Shown: positions 1 through 8,399 of the stretch, piece after piece | Layout of the letters: each line of letters starts with the position of its first letter | Position numbering within the stretch: the first letter of the stretch is position 1 | Source: an uncultured Spirochaetota bacterium | GTDB lineage: Bacteria > Spirochaetota > UBA4802 > UBA5550 | NCBI GenBank assembly: GCA_942491575.1 | Contig: CALOBT010000031.1 | Span: 162,008 to 186,007 of the forward strand | Direction of reading: 5' to 3' | DNA: 24,000 bases | Position numbers and translations under genes: made by a program | The notes under the pieces: generated by a model | Database searches by the model: none | Seen by the model: the letters and a program-made list of their open reading frames with translations, nothing else | What the model was told of the DNA's origin: nothing

Positions 1-2329
1 GGTCAGAGCGTCCGAAATCTACAATAAACCGCATTGCGGGAATATTAAAAACGTCAAAATTTTCACCCCATGAAAATGTCCCAACATTAAGGGAGTGGTT
101 GTCCCCACCTGCAGGATAGGGACCTCGGTTGAAGTAATCATGAAAAAATACAGTCTCTTTGGTGACGTCATGTTTCCAGTGGTATCGGTGAAGTTTGCCC
201 CATTGCCATTGTCCGGGATCGGAGCCCATTTTGTCCATGCAGAGGGTCACCGCTCCGGCGAGGGAGCGGGCGATGATATCATGACGGGTCTCTATTTTTT
301 TTGTTCTGATATTATCCCAGTAGGGGGAATTTTTACGGTGAACAAGATGATCCTCCGGGGCGCCGTATGACATATTATTAATATCGAGGAAGGCCTGCCA
401 GGCGTATCCCTTTTCCGGTCCAAGTTCATCAAGAAAAATATTCCGCGTGACGACGGACATGAAGGCCCCCATAACAGCGGCAGATGCTGAGCTGCTTTTC
501 ATGTGGCAGTCAAAGGTATCCGGTTTTAGAAGCTTCAGGGCCAGGCGGGCCCTTCTTTTTTCATTCCCGGAGGGGAGTTGCGCTACTGCATTGAGGATAT
601 CTTCCTTCTCTTCTTGAAATATCAGTCTCTGTATTTTTCCTGCCATTGGGGAGTACTGCTCGAAGTGGAGTTGTTTCATTTTACTGAATGTTCCCTTCTT
701 TAACTTCCCCAATAACTCTTTTAAGCGTTCTGCACGGTCAGGATGATACCATGAAGAAGTCATAGTCAGGGGGAAGTCAGTGGGAACTGTCCGGTTATTT
801 GCCGTGGCAAGGAAACCTGAGGCTGGATTGGTCTCGGAGGGATTTTTTACTGTTGAGGAAAATCCTTTCCAGTCGTACTCACCGTTCCACCCGGGTGACG
901 GCAGCATTCCCTTTCCTTTTTTTCTCAGGGGAAAACTCCCCGTAACCTGCCATGCTATATTTTCCGCATCGCCATAGATAATATTGAGATAGATGCTTTT
1001 TGCATCCAGCAGGGCCTGTTTTGCCTCCTTCATGGTTTTGGCCTTTCCCATCCGGTAGAATCCCCTGAAGGTGTCCTCCCCCCCTTCAAGGGCCCATGAA
1101 ATGGCAATGCCGTAATCGGATTTCACCGGAAGGGGTTGAACCGGGAGCATCTGTGGATAGGGGAGCCTTTTCAGGGCCTCGTTTAGCAGTGGCCCGTGTG
1201 AAGTCTCGACGATGCTGATTTCAACCGGGTCCTTTCCCTTTATTTTGAAGGTCTCATTTCTGACCTTTGCGGGGCGGTAATTTCCTTTATGAAAATAATA
1301 GGGGGTAACATTATCGTAGCGCATCTTCTCCAGGAAAAGATCCTGGCTGTCTGCCATCACCATGGTGGCCCCCCAGGCAATTTTCCCGTTATAGCCGAGT
1401 GTCACAACAGGTATCCCCGGTGCGGTGACCCCTGCAGCTTCATAGGTGGGGGACTTCAGGTGCATTATCATCCATGCATTAGGCACCATCAGTAGAAGAT
1501 GTGTATCGTTGCAGACTATCGATTTTCCGCTTAAAGTTTTTTCTCCCCCAAGGGCCCAGTTATTGGATGCGGGAATTCCCATTCCAAAAATATTCCTGAA
1601 GCCGTCCTTTATGCCCTTCAGGTGGGAGAGTTTTTTAATGAGCTGTTTCGGGTCTACTTCCTTTAGTTTAAGGGCCTCCTCCAGGGGAAGGGGTTCGTCT
1701 TCATATACAGGGAAGAGAGAGGCGGCCCGGGCATACCCCACCTTTTCGGCGAGGACGAGAAAGTGCAGCTCTTCGAGAAAATTATAGCTGACGCTGAGAT
1801 TGAGCATTCCGAAAACGAAGAGGGAATCCTCGGGGCGCCATTTCTGGGGGCGATAACCGGTAAGCACAAATTCAGCAGGAAAATTTTCACGGTTTTCCGT
1901 GTAGGCGTTAACACCGGCGGCGAATGAAGCGAGAACCTGGAGTGACTGCCGGTCAAGTTTTTTCATCGCCTCATGGACGAATTTTTTTGCGTTCAGGGTT
2001 CGCATAAAAACATCCATCTGAAGCATTTTTTTTCCAGCCATTTCAGCAAGGCGTCCCTGCATGGCCATGGACATCATGTACATCTGCCAGAGGCGGTCCG
2101 TCGCCGTTGCATACCCGGCTCCGAAAAAAAGGTCTTCTTCATTTTGGGCTTCCACGCATGGTATCCCCAGTGAGTCCCTGCGGATGAGCACCTGCTGGTG
2201 CAGCCCCTGCAGCATAACCATCCCGATGGATGGATCGATTGAACGGTGAAATCTGTTCTTATAGATACTGCAGCCACCGGTAGTTATGATCAGTGCGCTC
2301 AGAATAATTAAACATGTTTTTTTATTCAT
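1..2329 (-). CDS. Penicillin acylase / acyl-homoserine-lactone acylase family protein (peptidase S45, Ntn-hydrolase), probable lipoprotein; C-terminus cut by the left window edge
   Basis: My own minus-strand translation from the ATG at 2329-2327 gives 776 codons with no stop down to position 2. It is missing from the ORF track because it has no in-window stop. The N-terminus MNKKTCLIILSALIITTGGCSIY looks like a signal peptide plus lipobox Cys. The motif GIPASNNWALGG contains the S45 beta-subunit N-terminal nucleophile Ser (codon 1564-1566). The C-terminal region PYPAGGDNHSLNVG and other segments (LWQMYMM, GYNGKIAWGATM) fit the family. The small + strand ORFs at 95-2277 are shadows of this gene. 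Confidence 0.85.
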   Translation of the reverse strand, partial: MNKKTCLIILSALIITTGGCSIYKNRFHRSIDPSIGMVMLQGLHQQVLIRRDSLGIPCVEAQNEEDLFFGAGYATATDRLWQMYMMSMAMQGRLAEMAGKKMLQMDVFMRTLNAKKFVHEAMKKLDRQSLQVLASFAAGVNAYTENRENFPAEFVLTGYRPQKWRPEDSLFVFGMLNLSVSYNFLEELHFLVLAEKVGYARAASLFPVYEDEPLPLEEALKLKEVDPKQLIKKLSHLKGIKDGFRNIFGMGIPASNNWALGGEKTLSGKSIVCNDTHLLLMVPNAWMIMHLKSPTYEAAGVTAPGIPVVTLGYNGKIAWGATMVMADSQDLFLEKMRYDNVTPYYFHKGNYRPAKVRNETFKIKGKDPVEISIVETSHGPLLNEALKRLPYPQMLPVQPLPVKSDYGIAISWALEGGEDTFRGFYRMGKAKTMKEAKQALLDAKSIYLNIIYGDAENIAWQVTGSFPLRKKGKGMLPSPGWNGEYDWKGFSSTVKNPSETNPASGFLATANNRTVPTDFPLTMTSSWYHPDRAERLKELLGKLKKGTFSKMKQLHFEQYSPMAGKIQRLIFQEEKEDILNAVAQLPSGNEKRRARLALKLLKPDTFDCHMKSSSASAAVMGAFMSVVTRNIFLDELGPEKGYAWQAFLDINNMSYGAPEDHLVHRKNSPYWDNIRTKKIETRHDIIARSLAGAVTLCMDKMGSDPGQWQWGKLHRYHWKHDVTKETVFFHDYFNRGPYPAGGDNHSLNVGTFSWGENFDVFNIPAMRFIVDFGRSD

Positions 2330-2353
2330 GGGGAATTACCTCTCTCTGATTAT

Positions 2354-2381
2354 TTTATAGTAAAAAATTTAGTAGAGTCAA
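2354..2381 (-). promoter_or_regulatory. Candidate sigma70-type promoter for the acylase gene
   Basis: On the minus strand the site reads TTGACT (2381-2376), a 16-nt spacer, then TATAAA (2359-2354). It lies about 25 nt upstream of the ATG at 2329, and a purine-rich AGAGAGAGG sits just before the start. Confidence 0.4.
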
Positions 2382-2463
2382 GAATAATTGGAGGGAGGCG
2401 GAAAGTGCTGGAGCAATTTAATTTATTGATAAAAAACTTTTGCTGAATTTTAAAAATGATATT

Positions 2464-2619
2464 AGCCCTGCCCCCGGCCGATACATCTTCGTATGGTTCA
2501 TAAATGTCTTACCGGCCACCCCCGGAGGGGGTTTAAAAAAACATTCAGAAACCCCCTCCGGGGGTGGCGCCGGAAAATTTATAAACATGATGTATATTGT
2601 GCGCCGGGGCCGACAGGCT
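2464..2619. repeat. Long imperfect palindrome (extended hairpin) with a perfect 19-bp GC-rich apical stem
   Basis: The left arm ccacccccggagggggttt (2516-2534) is the exact reverse complement of aaaccccctccgggggtgg (2549-2567), separated by a 14-nt A-rich loop. Complementarity continues outward with bulges and mismatches. Examples are ccgg/ccgg, ataaat/atttat, atacatc/gatgtat, ccccggc/gccgggg and agcc/ggct, reaching about 2464 and 2619. Confidence 0.6.
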
Positions 2620-2696
2620 GAAAGTATGATAACACTCTAAAATTAAGTTATTCAGGGATGTGAAATATTGATGCCTGATTTATGCAATTTTCGGGC

Positions 2697-2730
2697 AAAA
2701 AAATAGGGCCGTGGGGAGTGCCCCGGCCCT
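2697..2730 (-). terminator. Rho-independent terminator of the feo operon
   Basis: On the minus strand a GC-rich hairpin (agggccg.ggg / ccc.cggccct, ~10 bp with one bulge and a 5-nt loop, 2705-2730) is followed by A then U7 (2703-2697). It lies about 110 nt downstream of the stop of the last feo-operon ORF. Confidence 0.7.
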
Positions 2731-2838
2731 TTGTGAACATATCACATAACAAAATAAAAAATCAGGGTAAAACTAAACTTAAGAAATTTACTCTCTTAAT
2801 ATAGGTTTAAAAGGGATTTGATTCAATAGATGAATGTA

Positions 2839-3048
2839 TTATTTTAATTTAGGAGAAGACACATTTTTTTTATGGGGAATTCCCCCACCAGAAAGATCTA
2901 TGCAGGCATCACTGCCTGATGAACAACGGGCACATTTTTCCGGGGAACAGCCGATTTCTTCCGGTTTTCTTATGAAGCGGTAGATGCCGCGGAGTGCAAA
3001 GAAAAAGGCTGCTGCAAGAATTATTATTGTAATAGCTGTCTGAAGCAT
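2839..3048 (-). CDS. FeoB-associated Cys-rich small membrane protein
   Basis: The protein is 69 aa with an N-terminal TM helix (TAITIIILAAAFFFAL) followed by the Cys cluster GCSPEKCARCSSGSDAC. Its start is 4 nt after the feoB stop. This architecture matches the small FeoB-associated Cys-rich membrane protein family as I recall it. Confidence 0.7.
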   Translation of the reverse strand: MLQTAITIIILAAAFFFALRGIYRFIRKPEEIGCSPEKCARCSSGSDACIDLSGGGIPHKKNVSSPKLK

Positions 3049-3052
3049 ATTG

Positions 3053-5719
3053 TTAACCCGTTATATATAATCCGATGCGATAGACCAGAAAAGTTACAAA
3101 CCACGCTACGGAAGTTGAATAAAGGGCGGAAAAAACAGCCCACCCCCAGCTGCCTGATTCGCGGCGAATGGTAGCCAGTACAGCCACGCAGGGAAAGTAG
3201 AGAAGGACGAAAAGTATGAAAACAAAGGCGACAAGGGGGGTAAAAACCTGTTCTCCCTTATGGGGGCCTGAGGAGTGCACCTGGTTTTTCAGACGATTGG
3301 CCAGGCTGGCACTTGCAGCAGATTCATTGTTGCTTCCCTGATACAGGACTCCAATGGTGCCTACGACAACCTCTTTGGCTGCGAGTCCGGTTATTATGCT
3401 GATGCTAATTTTCCAGTCAAAGCCCAGGGGCTGCATAACCGGTTCGACGAAATGGCCGAGTCTGCCGATAAAGGAATTTTCCAGGTATTTCTGTTCCATG
3501 GCCAGTTGCATATTTTTAATGGCTGCTTCTTTTTTTTCTAAAAGTATTTTTTTCTTTTTTTCTGCCGCATCTGCGGGAAGTTTGCTGAGCAGTGCGATTT
3601 CACCGCGATAGCTATCCTCTACGGCGGCACTTTTCTCCTGGAAGTTCTTTTCCAGTTCAGGCTGGAGTGGAAATTTTCCCAGGGCCCAGATAATAATAGA
3701 AGCTATCAGGATAACACCACCGATTTTTTTCAGATATTCAACAGCCTTTTCCCACATATGTTTTGCAATGGTTTTTAGCTGCGGTCTCCGGTACGGGGGA
3801 AGCTCCATTACAAAGGGGATTTCTTCTGCACGGAAAAGTGTTTTTTTCAATAGAATGCCGGAAAGGGCAGCAACAAGTATACCTGTCAGGTAAATGATAA
3901 AGAGCATACTGCCCGCAGACCGGGAAAAAAATGCCCCTATAAACAGGACATAGACGGGAAGCCGCGCAGAGCATGACATGAAGGGAGTAATCAGCATCGT
4001 AAGGAGGCGATCGTTGCGGCTTTCAATTGTCCGGGTAGCCATAATTGCCGGGACATTGCAGCCGAAACCCATCAGCATGGGGATGAAGGATTTCCCGTGA
4101 AGGCCGATACGGTGCATAGCCTTATCCATGATAAAAGCAGCCCTGGCCATGTAGCCCGTATCTTCCATAAATGATATCAGGAAAAAGAGTATCAGAATAT
4201 TGGGAAGGAAAATAATTACTCCGCCAATCCCCGCCAGTATACCGTTTATGATGAGGTCCTTTAAGGCCCCAGGCGGCATTGTTGAAGAAATGAAGGAGGA
4301 AATCCATGTTATCCCTGCATCGATCCAGTTCATAGGATAGTCCCCGAGGATAAAGGTCAGCTGAAAAGTCAGCCACATGAAAAGAATAAAAAGGGGAATG
4401 CCTAAATATGTATGGGTTACCACACGGTCAATTTTTTCGCTTCGGGTTCTTGCGGGGCGTTGAGCCGTATGATAGGTTTCTCTCAGGGCCCCGGAGATGA
4501 AGGCGTACTTCGCATCCGCCATGACCGATTCGGTGTCTTCGCTCAACAGGGATTCAAGGCGGATAATTTCTTCAGTTGCTTCATGGAAAATCTGGGTACG
4601 GTTTGGACAGTGCCTGAAAATCATTTCTTCTGAGGGGCTGTCCTTCTCAAGGAGTTTTATTGCAAGGAATCTTGAGGAGACGATGTCTGTCAGGGTATAG
4701 TTTTCTTCAAGTTTAATTTTTGACTGGATGGAAGAGATTGACCGTTCTATTTCATTCCCATAATTGATGTGAATGTGGCGCATGGTTTCTTCACGGTCTT
4801 CGTAAACCTGGATGACTTTTTTTATCATGTCATCAATGCCCTGTCCCTTCGACGAGACCGTCGGTACAAAGGGGATCCCAATCATTTTACCAAGGGTCTC
4901 GAAATCGAAGCGGTCCCCTTTTTTTTCCATTTCATCATAGATGTTCAGGGCCACTACAACCTTGATATCCATATCAATCAGCTGCGTTGTAAGATACAGG
5001 TTTCGTTCAAGATTCGATGAGTCGACTACATTAACAACAACGTCAGGAGTATTTTCAAAGATATGATTTCTTACATATATTTCTTCCGGTGTATATTCTG
5101 TTATTGAATAGGTGCCGGGGAGATCAACAATATTAAAATTATATCCCTGGAGTTTGAAGCTCCCCTCCTTCGCTCCGACGGTAACACCACTGTAGTTGCC
5201 AACCCTCTCCTTCATGCCGGCGACGTGATTAAAAAGTGTTGTTTTCCCGCAATTGGGATTTCCCACCAGGGCAATGTTGATCGTTTTCGAGGCAGATTCC
5301 GGAGTCATTGGGTGGGAAGATTTTTCCCTTTCCGCGGCGTGCTGCTGCCGGAGTAATCTCCATCCCCTGGGGCCCCTTCGGGGGACAGGTTCCCGGTGAA
5401 AATGGCTTAAATGCTTTTCTTTTTGATACAAAAAGTGGTTGCGATGCCCCGGGGCAGTCTCTTCTTCCGGAGGAAATGCAGGTTTTTGACTTTCCCCCCG
5501 TGGGACTACATCGATGAGACGCGCTTCATTTCGGCGCAGTGAGACATTGTAGCCCATTATTTTATATTCGATGGGGTCCCGAAGGGGTGCACTTTTGATG
5601 ACTTCCACTTCCTTGCCCCTGACAAAACCCATCTCCATAATGCGCTTGCGAAAGGCTCCGCGTCCCCGCACTTTGGTTATAATTGCCCTGTCTCCGTTAT
5701 TGAGTTCCGCCAGTGTCAT
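3053..5719 (-). CDS. feoB: Ferrous iron transporter, FeoA-FeoB fusion
   Basis: The protein is 888 aa. The N-terminal ~75 aa form a FeoA/SH3-like domain (GDRAIITKVRGRGAFRKRIMEMGFVRGKEVEVIKSAPLRDPIEYKI). An ~80-aa linker follows. The FeoB G-domain shows G1 GNPNCGKTT, G3 DLPGTYS and G4 LNIYD, followed by a polytopic membrane domain. An AGGAA RBS sits 5-6 nt before the ATG. Confidence 0.93.
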   Translation of the reverse strand: MTLAELNNGDRAIITKVRGRGAFRKRIMEMGFVRGKEVEVIKSAPLRDPIEYKIMGYNVSLRRNEARLIDVVPRGESQKPAFPPEEETAPGHRNHFLYQKEKHLSHFHREPVPRRGPRGWRLLRQQHAAEREKSSHPMTPESASKTINIALVGNPNCGKTTLFNHVAGMKERVGNYSGVTVGAKEGSFKLQGYNFNIVDLPGTYSITEYTPEEIYVRNHIFENTPDVVVNVVDSSNLERNLYLTTQLIDMDIKVVVALNIYDEMEKKGDRFDFETLGKMIGIPFVPTVSSKGQGIDDMIKKVIQVYEDREETMRHIHINYGNEIERSISSIQSKIKLEENYTLTDIVSSRFLAIKLLEKDSPSEEMIFRHCPNRTQIFHEATEEIIRLESLLSEDTESVMADAKYAFISGALRETYHTAQRPARTRSEKIDRVVTHTYLGIPLFILFMWLTFQLTFILGDYPMNWIDAGITWISSFISSTMPPGALKDLIINGILAGIGGVIIFLPNILILFFLISFMEDTGYMARAAFIMDKAMHRIGLHGKSFIPMLMGFGCNVPAIMATRTIESRNDRLLTMLITPFMSCSARLPVYVLFIGAFFSRSAGSMLFIIYLTGILVAALSGILLKKTLFRAEEIPFVMELPPYRRPQLKTIAKHMWEKAVEYLKKIGGVILIASIIIWALGKFPLQPELEKNFQEKSAAVEDSYRGEIALLSKLPADAAEKKKKILLEKKEAAIKNMQLAMEQKYLENSFIGRLGHFVEPVMQPLGFDWKISISIITGLAAKEVVVGTIGVLYQGSNNESAASASLANRLKNQVHSSGPHKGEQVFTPLVAFVFILFVLLYFPCVAVLATIRRESGSWGWAVFSALYSTSVAWFVTFLVYRIGLYITG

Positions 5720-5735
5720 AATTTCCTGCTTCCGA

Positions 5736-5759
5736 TTTGAGAATGAGTCACAATAATAG
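5736..5759 (-). promoter_or_regulatory. Candidate Fur-box-like operator in the feoAB leader
   Basis: On the minus strand attattgtgactcattctc matches 12 of 19 positions of the classical GATAATGATAATCATTATC consensus by hand alignment. It lies just downstream of a TTGACA(5794-5789)-N18-TAACAT candidate promoter and about 20-40 nt upstream of the feoAB ATG. The match is weak. Confidence 0.3.
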
Positions 5760-5865
5760 ATTTAATGTTAGCGTCAACTAATTATTTTTGTCAATCCTAA
5801 AATATATAAGTTACAGAAGATATTTCAATTCTGTCCGAAAGGGAAATGTCCGATAAGTAACTGAT

Positions 5866-7431
5866 ATGAATCCCGTGAGTATAAAATATGAAGTAATTGC
5901 AGGGGAGGGAACAGATCCCCTCCTGATGATACAACGGGGAGACCGTAGTGTCCCCCTGCACAGCAGGCGTAATCCCCGCCGGGAAGGGGAGATCCTCCGT
6001 GATAAATTTTCTGAAGCAGGTGAAGGAATTCTGATCGTACTCGGCGTAGGCCTTGGCTATCACCTGATTTCGCTGCAGGAAGGGGAGAATCGATTTTCAA
6101 AAGTAATTCTTATCGATATTCTTTCCGGTATTGAAGAACATTTTTATAAGATAGAGGATTTAAAAAATTTCAGGGAAGTACTTAATCCCGTATTTTTTAC
6201 CGGCGCTACCCTGCGGAAACTTGAAAAGAGTCTCCCGGAACATATAAGTCTTGATGAGGGTGGACGCATTACCGTCGTGGAGCATCCCGCCTCTATGCGC
6301 CTGTTTCATGAATATTACGATGAAGTAAAGGCCCTGATTCGCCGTACAATCGACGGGAAGGCGGCAAACAGGATCACCAGGGGTGCCTTTGACAGGCTCT
6401 ATCTTCGAAATTCCTTGAAAAATTTATTTTACCTTGGGGCCCTTCGTCCGGTGAAGGCCCTTTTCGACAAGGGCGCCGGAAGGGACGCCCTTGTCCTCTC
6501 CTCAGGGCCATCCCTGGATATAACCGTAGAGACCCTTGCGGGGTCAGAGCATCTTCCTTTTATTATTGTCGTTGATTCTGCCCTTCCCGTTTTGAGGAGT
6601 TACGGGATTGAGGCTGACTGCATCGTATCCATTGATCCCCAGTTCCATATCATGGAGCACCTCAGGTTCGGCCGCGGGGATGTTCCCGCAGTGGTGGGGA
6701 CCCTCTCCGGCTATACGGGGCTCTGGCCCTGGGCAGGCAGCGATGGATGTTTTCTTACCCTGAACAGTCATCCCCTTGCCCAGCTGATGGATCAGCTTTA
6801 TCCGGGGGTCGTCGGTTCCATCGATTCTCACACGGGGACTGTCGCCGGGGAGTCGCTTATGCTGGCCATCAGGATGGGTTTTGACCGTATTGGTGTAGCG
6901 GGCCTTGACTTTTCCTTTCCACGCTTCAGAATATATGCCAGGGGGAGTGCCTACCAGGAACGTTTTGGTCACTTTTTTAATAACCGATTTTCTCCCGTTG
7001 AAACATTCAACGGCCGATATATCAGGCAGGCCAGTGGTGCCGTCTTTGCAGAGGGTATCCCGTCACGCCGGTCATTTTTGCAGTACAGGGATTCCCTCGG
7101 TCAGTTGATCCGAAATGAGGGAAGCAGCAGGATTCTGCAAATTTGTGGTGAGGGCCTCTCCCTGCCGGGAACCGAATCTATGGGGATTCAGAATTTTCTG
7201 GAAGAGGGCAAAAAGGGGGGCCGGGGGGGAAGTCATGGCCTGCTGAATGATACTGCAGCAGTTCCGGTGATTGGAGATCGTGTCGACCTGTCGGAACTGC
7301 ACAGGCTGCTGCAGCGGGAGGAAGTAATCCAACAGGTCCTAGAGGCCTCCCTTGAGAATATTTCTCATGAAATAATGTCCGCTGGAAAGAATTTTATGCA
7401 AAAAATGACCGCAGCTGCGGGTTTGCCATAA
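5866..7431 (+). CDS. DUF115 / MptE-like (motility-accessory-factor-like) domain protein
   Basis: The protein is 521 aa. Its central region has the pattern I associate with DUF115/Maf proteins: LVLSSGPSLD, IIVVDSALPVLRSYGIEADCIVSIDPQ and GTVAGESLMLAIRMGFDRIGVAGLDFSF. No obvious RBS precedes the ATG, so the start is uncertain. Confidence 0.65.
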   Translation: MNPVSIKYEVIAGEGTDPLLMIQRGDRSVPLHSRRNPRREGEILRDKFSEAGEGILIVLGVGLGYHLISLQEGENRFSKVILIDILSGIEEHFYKIEDLKNFREVLNPVFFTGATLRKLEKSLPEHISLDEGGRITVVEHPASMRLFHEYYDEVKALIRRTIDGKAANRITRGAFDRLYLRNSLKNLFYLGALRPVKALFDKGAGRDALVLSSGPSLDITVETLAGSEHLPFIIVVDSALPVLRSYGIEADCIVSIDPQFHIMEHLRFGRGDVPAVVGTLSGYTGLWPWAGSDGCFLTLNSHPLAQLMDQLYPGVVGSIDSHTGTVAGESLMLAIRMGFDRIGVAGLDFSFPRFRIYARGSAYQERFGHFFNNRFSPVETFNGRYIRQASGAVFAEGIPSRRSFLQYRDSLGQLIRNEGSSRILQICGEGLSLPGTESMGIQNFLEEGKKGGRGGSHGLLNDTAAVPVIGDRVDLSELHRLLQREEVIQQVLEASLENISHEIMSAGKNFMQKMTAAAGLP

Positions 7432-7558
7432 AATTTTCGATTCTGAATTTCGCACCTCCCCGTTGTGAAATTACATTAAATGAAAAATGAAAGCTGGCCG
7501 ATTATGTAACTGATAACTCCGGTTTTCTGGAGAATACAAGGAAACAGGTTGAAGAATT

Positions 7559-8392
7559 ATGGAAAATTTTGACCACCAGCAGCAGGGAAATGTAAAGGAG
7601 AAGCAGTTTTATCTGCTTCATCTGGATACGCCGCGAATTATTATAGTAGCGTCAGTTATAATCGGTCTTGTCGTAATTTCCTTTTTAATGGGGATGAATT
7701 TTATCGGTGATAACGGAAGCGCAAAACAACTCGCGTCAGATAAAATGCTCTTCAACGAGAAGGGCGGAACAAATTTTTTGAATGAGGATATTCCCTCTCC
7801 CCCTCACGGAGAACTGGATAAGAAGCCCTTTGATGATAAACTCGTTCTTGGGGATGAACCTGAGAGTGATGATAAAAAAAACAATAAAATAATAGCGAAG
7901 GGGTCTGATAAAAGTACCGGGAAAACAGCATCTTCAGACATGCTCTCCAGTGATGAGATCAATGAGATAATTCCACCGATACCGGAAGAGAAAAAGGAAC
8001 CGGTAAAGAATAAGTATGCAGGGGAAAAAAAGAAAAGTGATGTGCGGAAAGTTGTCCGTAAAAGAAAAGCACCAAAGAAACAGGTAGCAAAAAAGAAAAG
8101 ACGCAAAAGCCGCGTAATTGAAGTCTCTGATAATACCGGCGGAAAGGCTCGGATACGTTCGGGATATGCGATTCAAATTGCTTCCTTCGATACCCATACC
8201 AGGGCGAAGAGAGAAATGAAACGTCTTCACGGAATGAAGTATGATGCGTATATCGAGAGTTCCAGGGTCAGCGGGAAAAAATACTACCGTGTCCGCGTAG
8301 GAACCATTTCTAACCGTAAAAAGGCAATTCGGCTTCTGAATGAAATTCAGGATAAAGAGAGATATAAAAATAGTTATATGATTAAAGAGTAG
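7559..8392 (+). CDS. Bitopic SPOR-domain protein (FtsN/DedD-like architecture)
   Basis: The protein is 277 aa. It has a short N-terminal segment and one TM helix (IIIVASVIIGLVVISFLMGM). A long Lys/Glu/Asp-rich low-complexity linker follows. The C-terminal ~70 aa look like a SPOR domain (GYAIQIASFDTHTRAKREMKRLHGMKYDAYIESSRVSGKKYYRVRVGTISNRKKAIRLLNEI). Confidence 0.8.
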   Translation: MENFDHQQQGNVKEKQFYLLHLDTPRIIIVASVIIGLVVISFLMGMNFIGDNGSAKQLASDKMLFNEKGGTNFLNEDIPSPPHGELDKKPFDDKLVLGDEPESDDKKNNKIIAKGSDKSTGKTASSDMLSSDEINEIIPPIPEEKKEPVKNKYAGEKKKSDVRKVVRKRKAPKKQVAKKKRRKSRVIEVSDNTGGKARIRSGYAIQIASFDTHTRAKREMKRLHGMKYDAYIESSRVSGKKYYRVRVGTISNRKKAIRLLNEIQDKERYKNSYMIKE

Positions 8393-8399
8393 ATAACAG

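Noticed and set aside
95-2277. Nine short ORFs (61-113 aa) on both strands listed in the track
   Set aside because: All fall inside the uninterrupted 776-codon minus-strand acylase reading frame, which has strong family motifs.
2440-2640. 66-aa + strand ORF in the acylase/feo intergenic gap
   Set aside because: It lies exactly across the long palindrome. The Pro/Gly-rich peptide mirrors the GC-rich stem arms and has no RBS. It is treated as a structural DNA/RNA element instead.
6544-6972. 142-aa minus-strand ORF inside the DUF115 gene
   Set aside because: It is a shadow ORF in a GC-rich gene, with no start context or motifs.
7804-8230. Two ~100-aa minus-strand ORFs and apparent repetitiveness in the SPOR gene linker
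   Set aside because: The A-rich Lys-codon runs (aaaaag/aagaaa) create low-complexity sequence and Phe-rich antisense ORFs. I found no true tandem DNA repeat unit.
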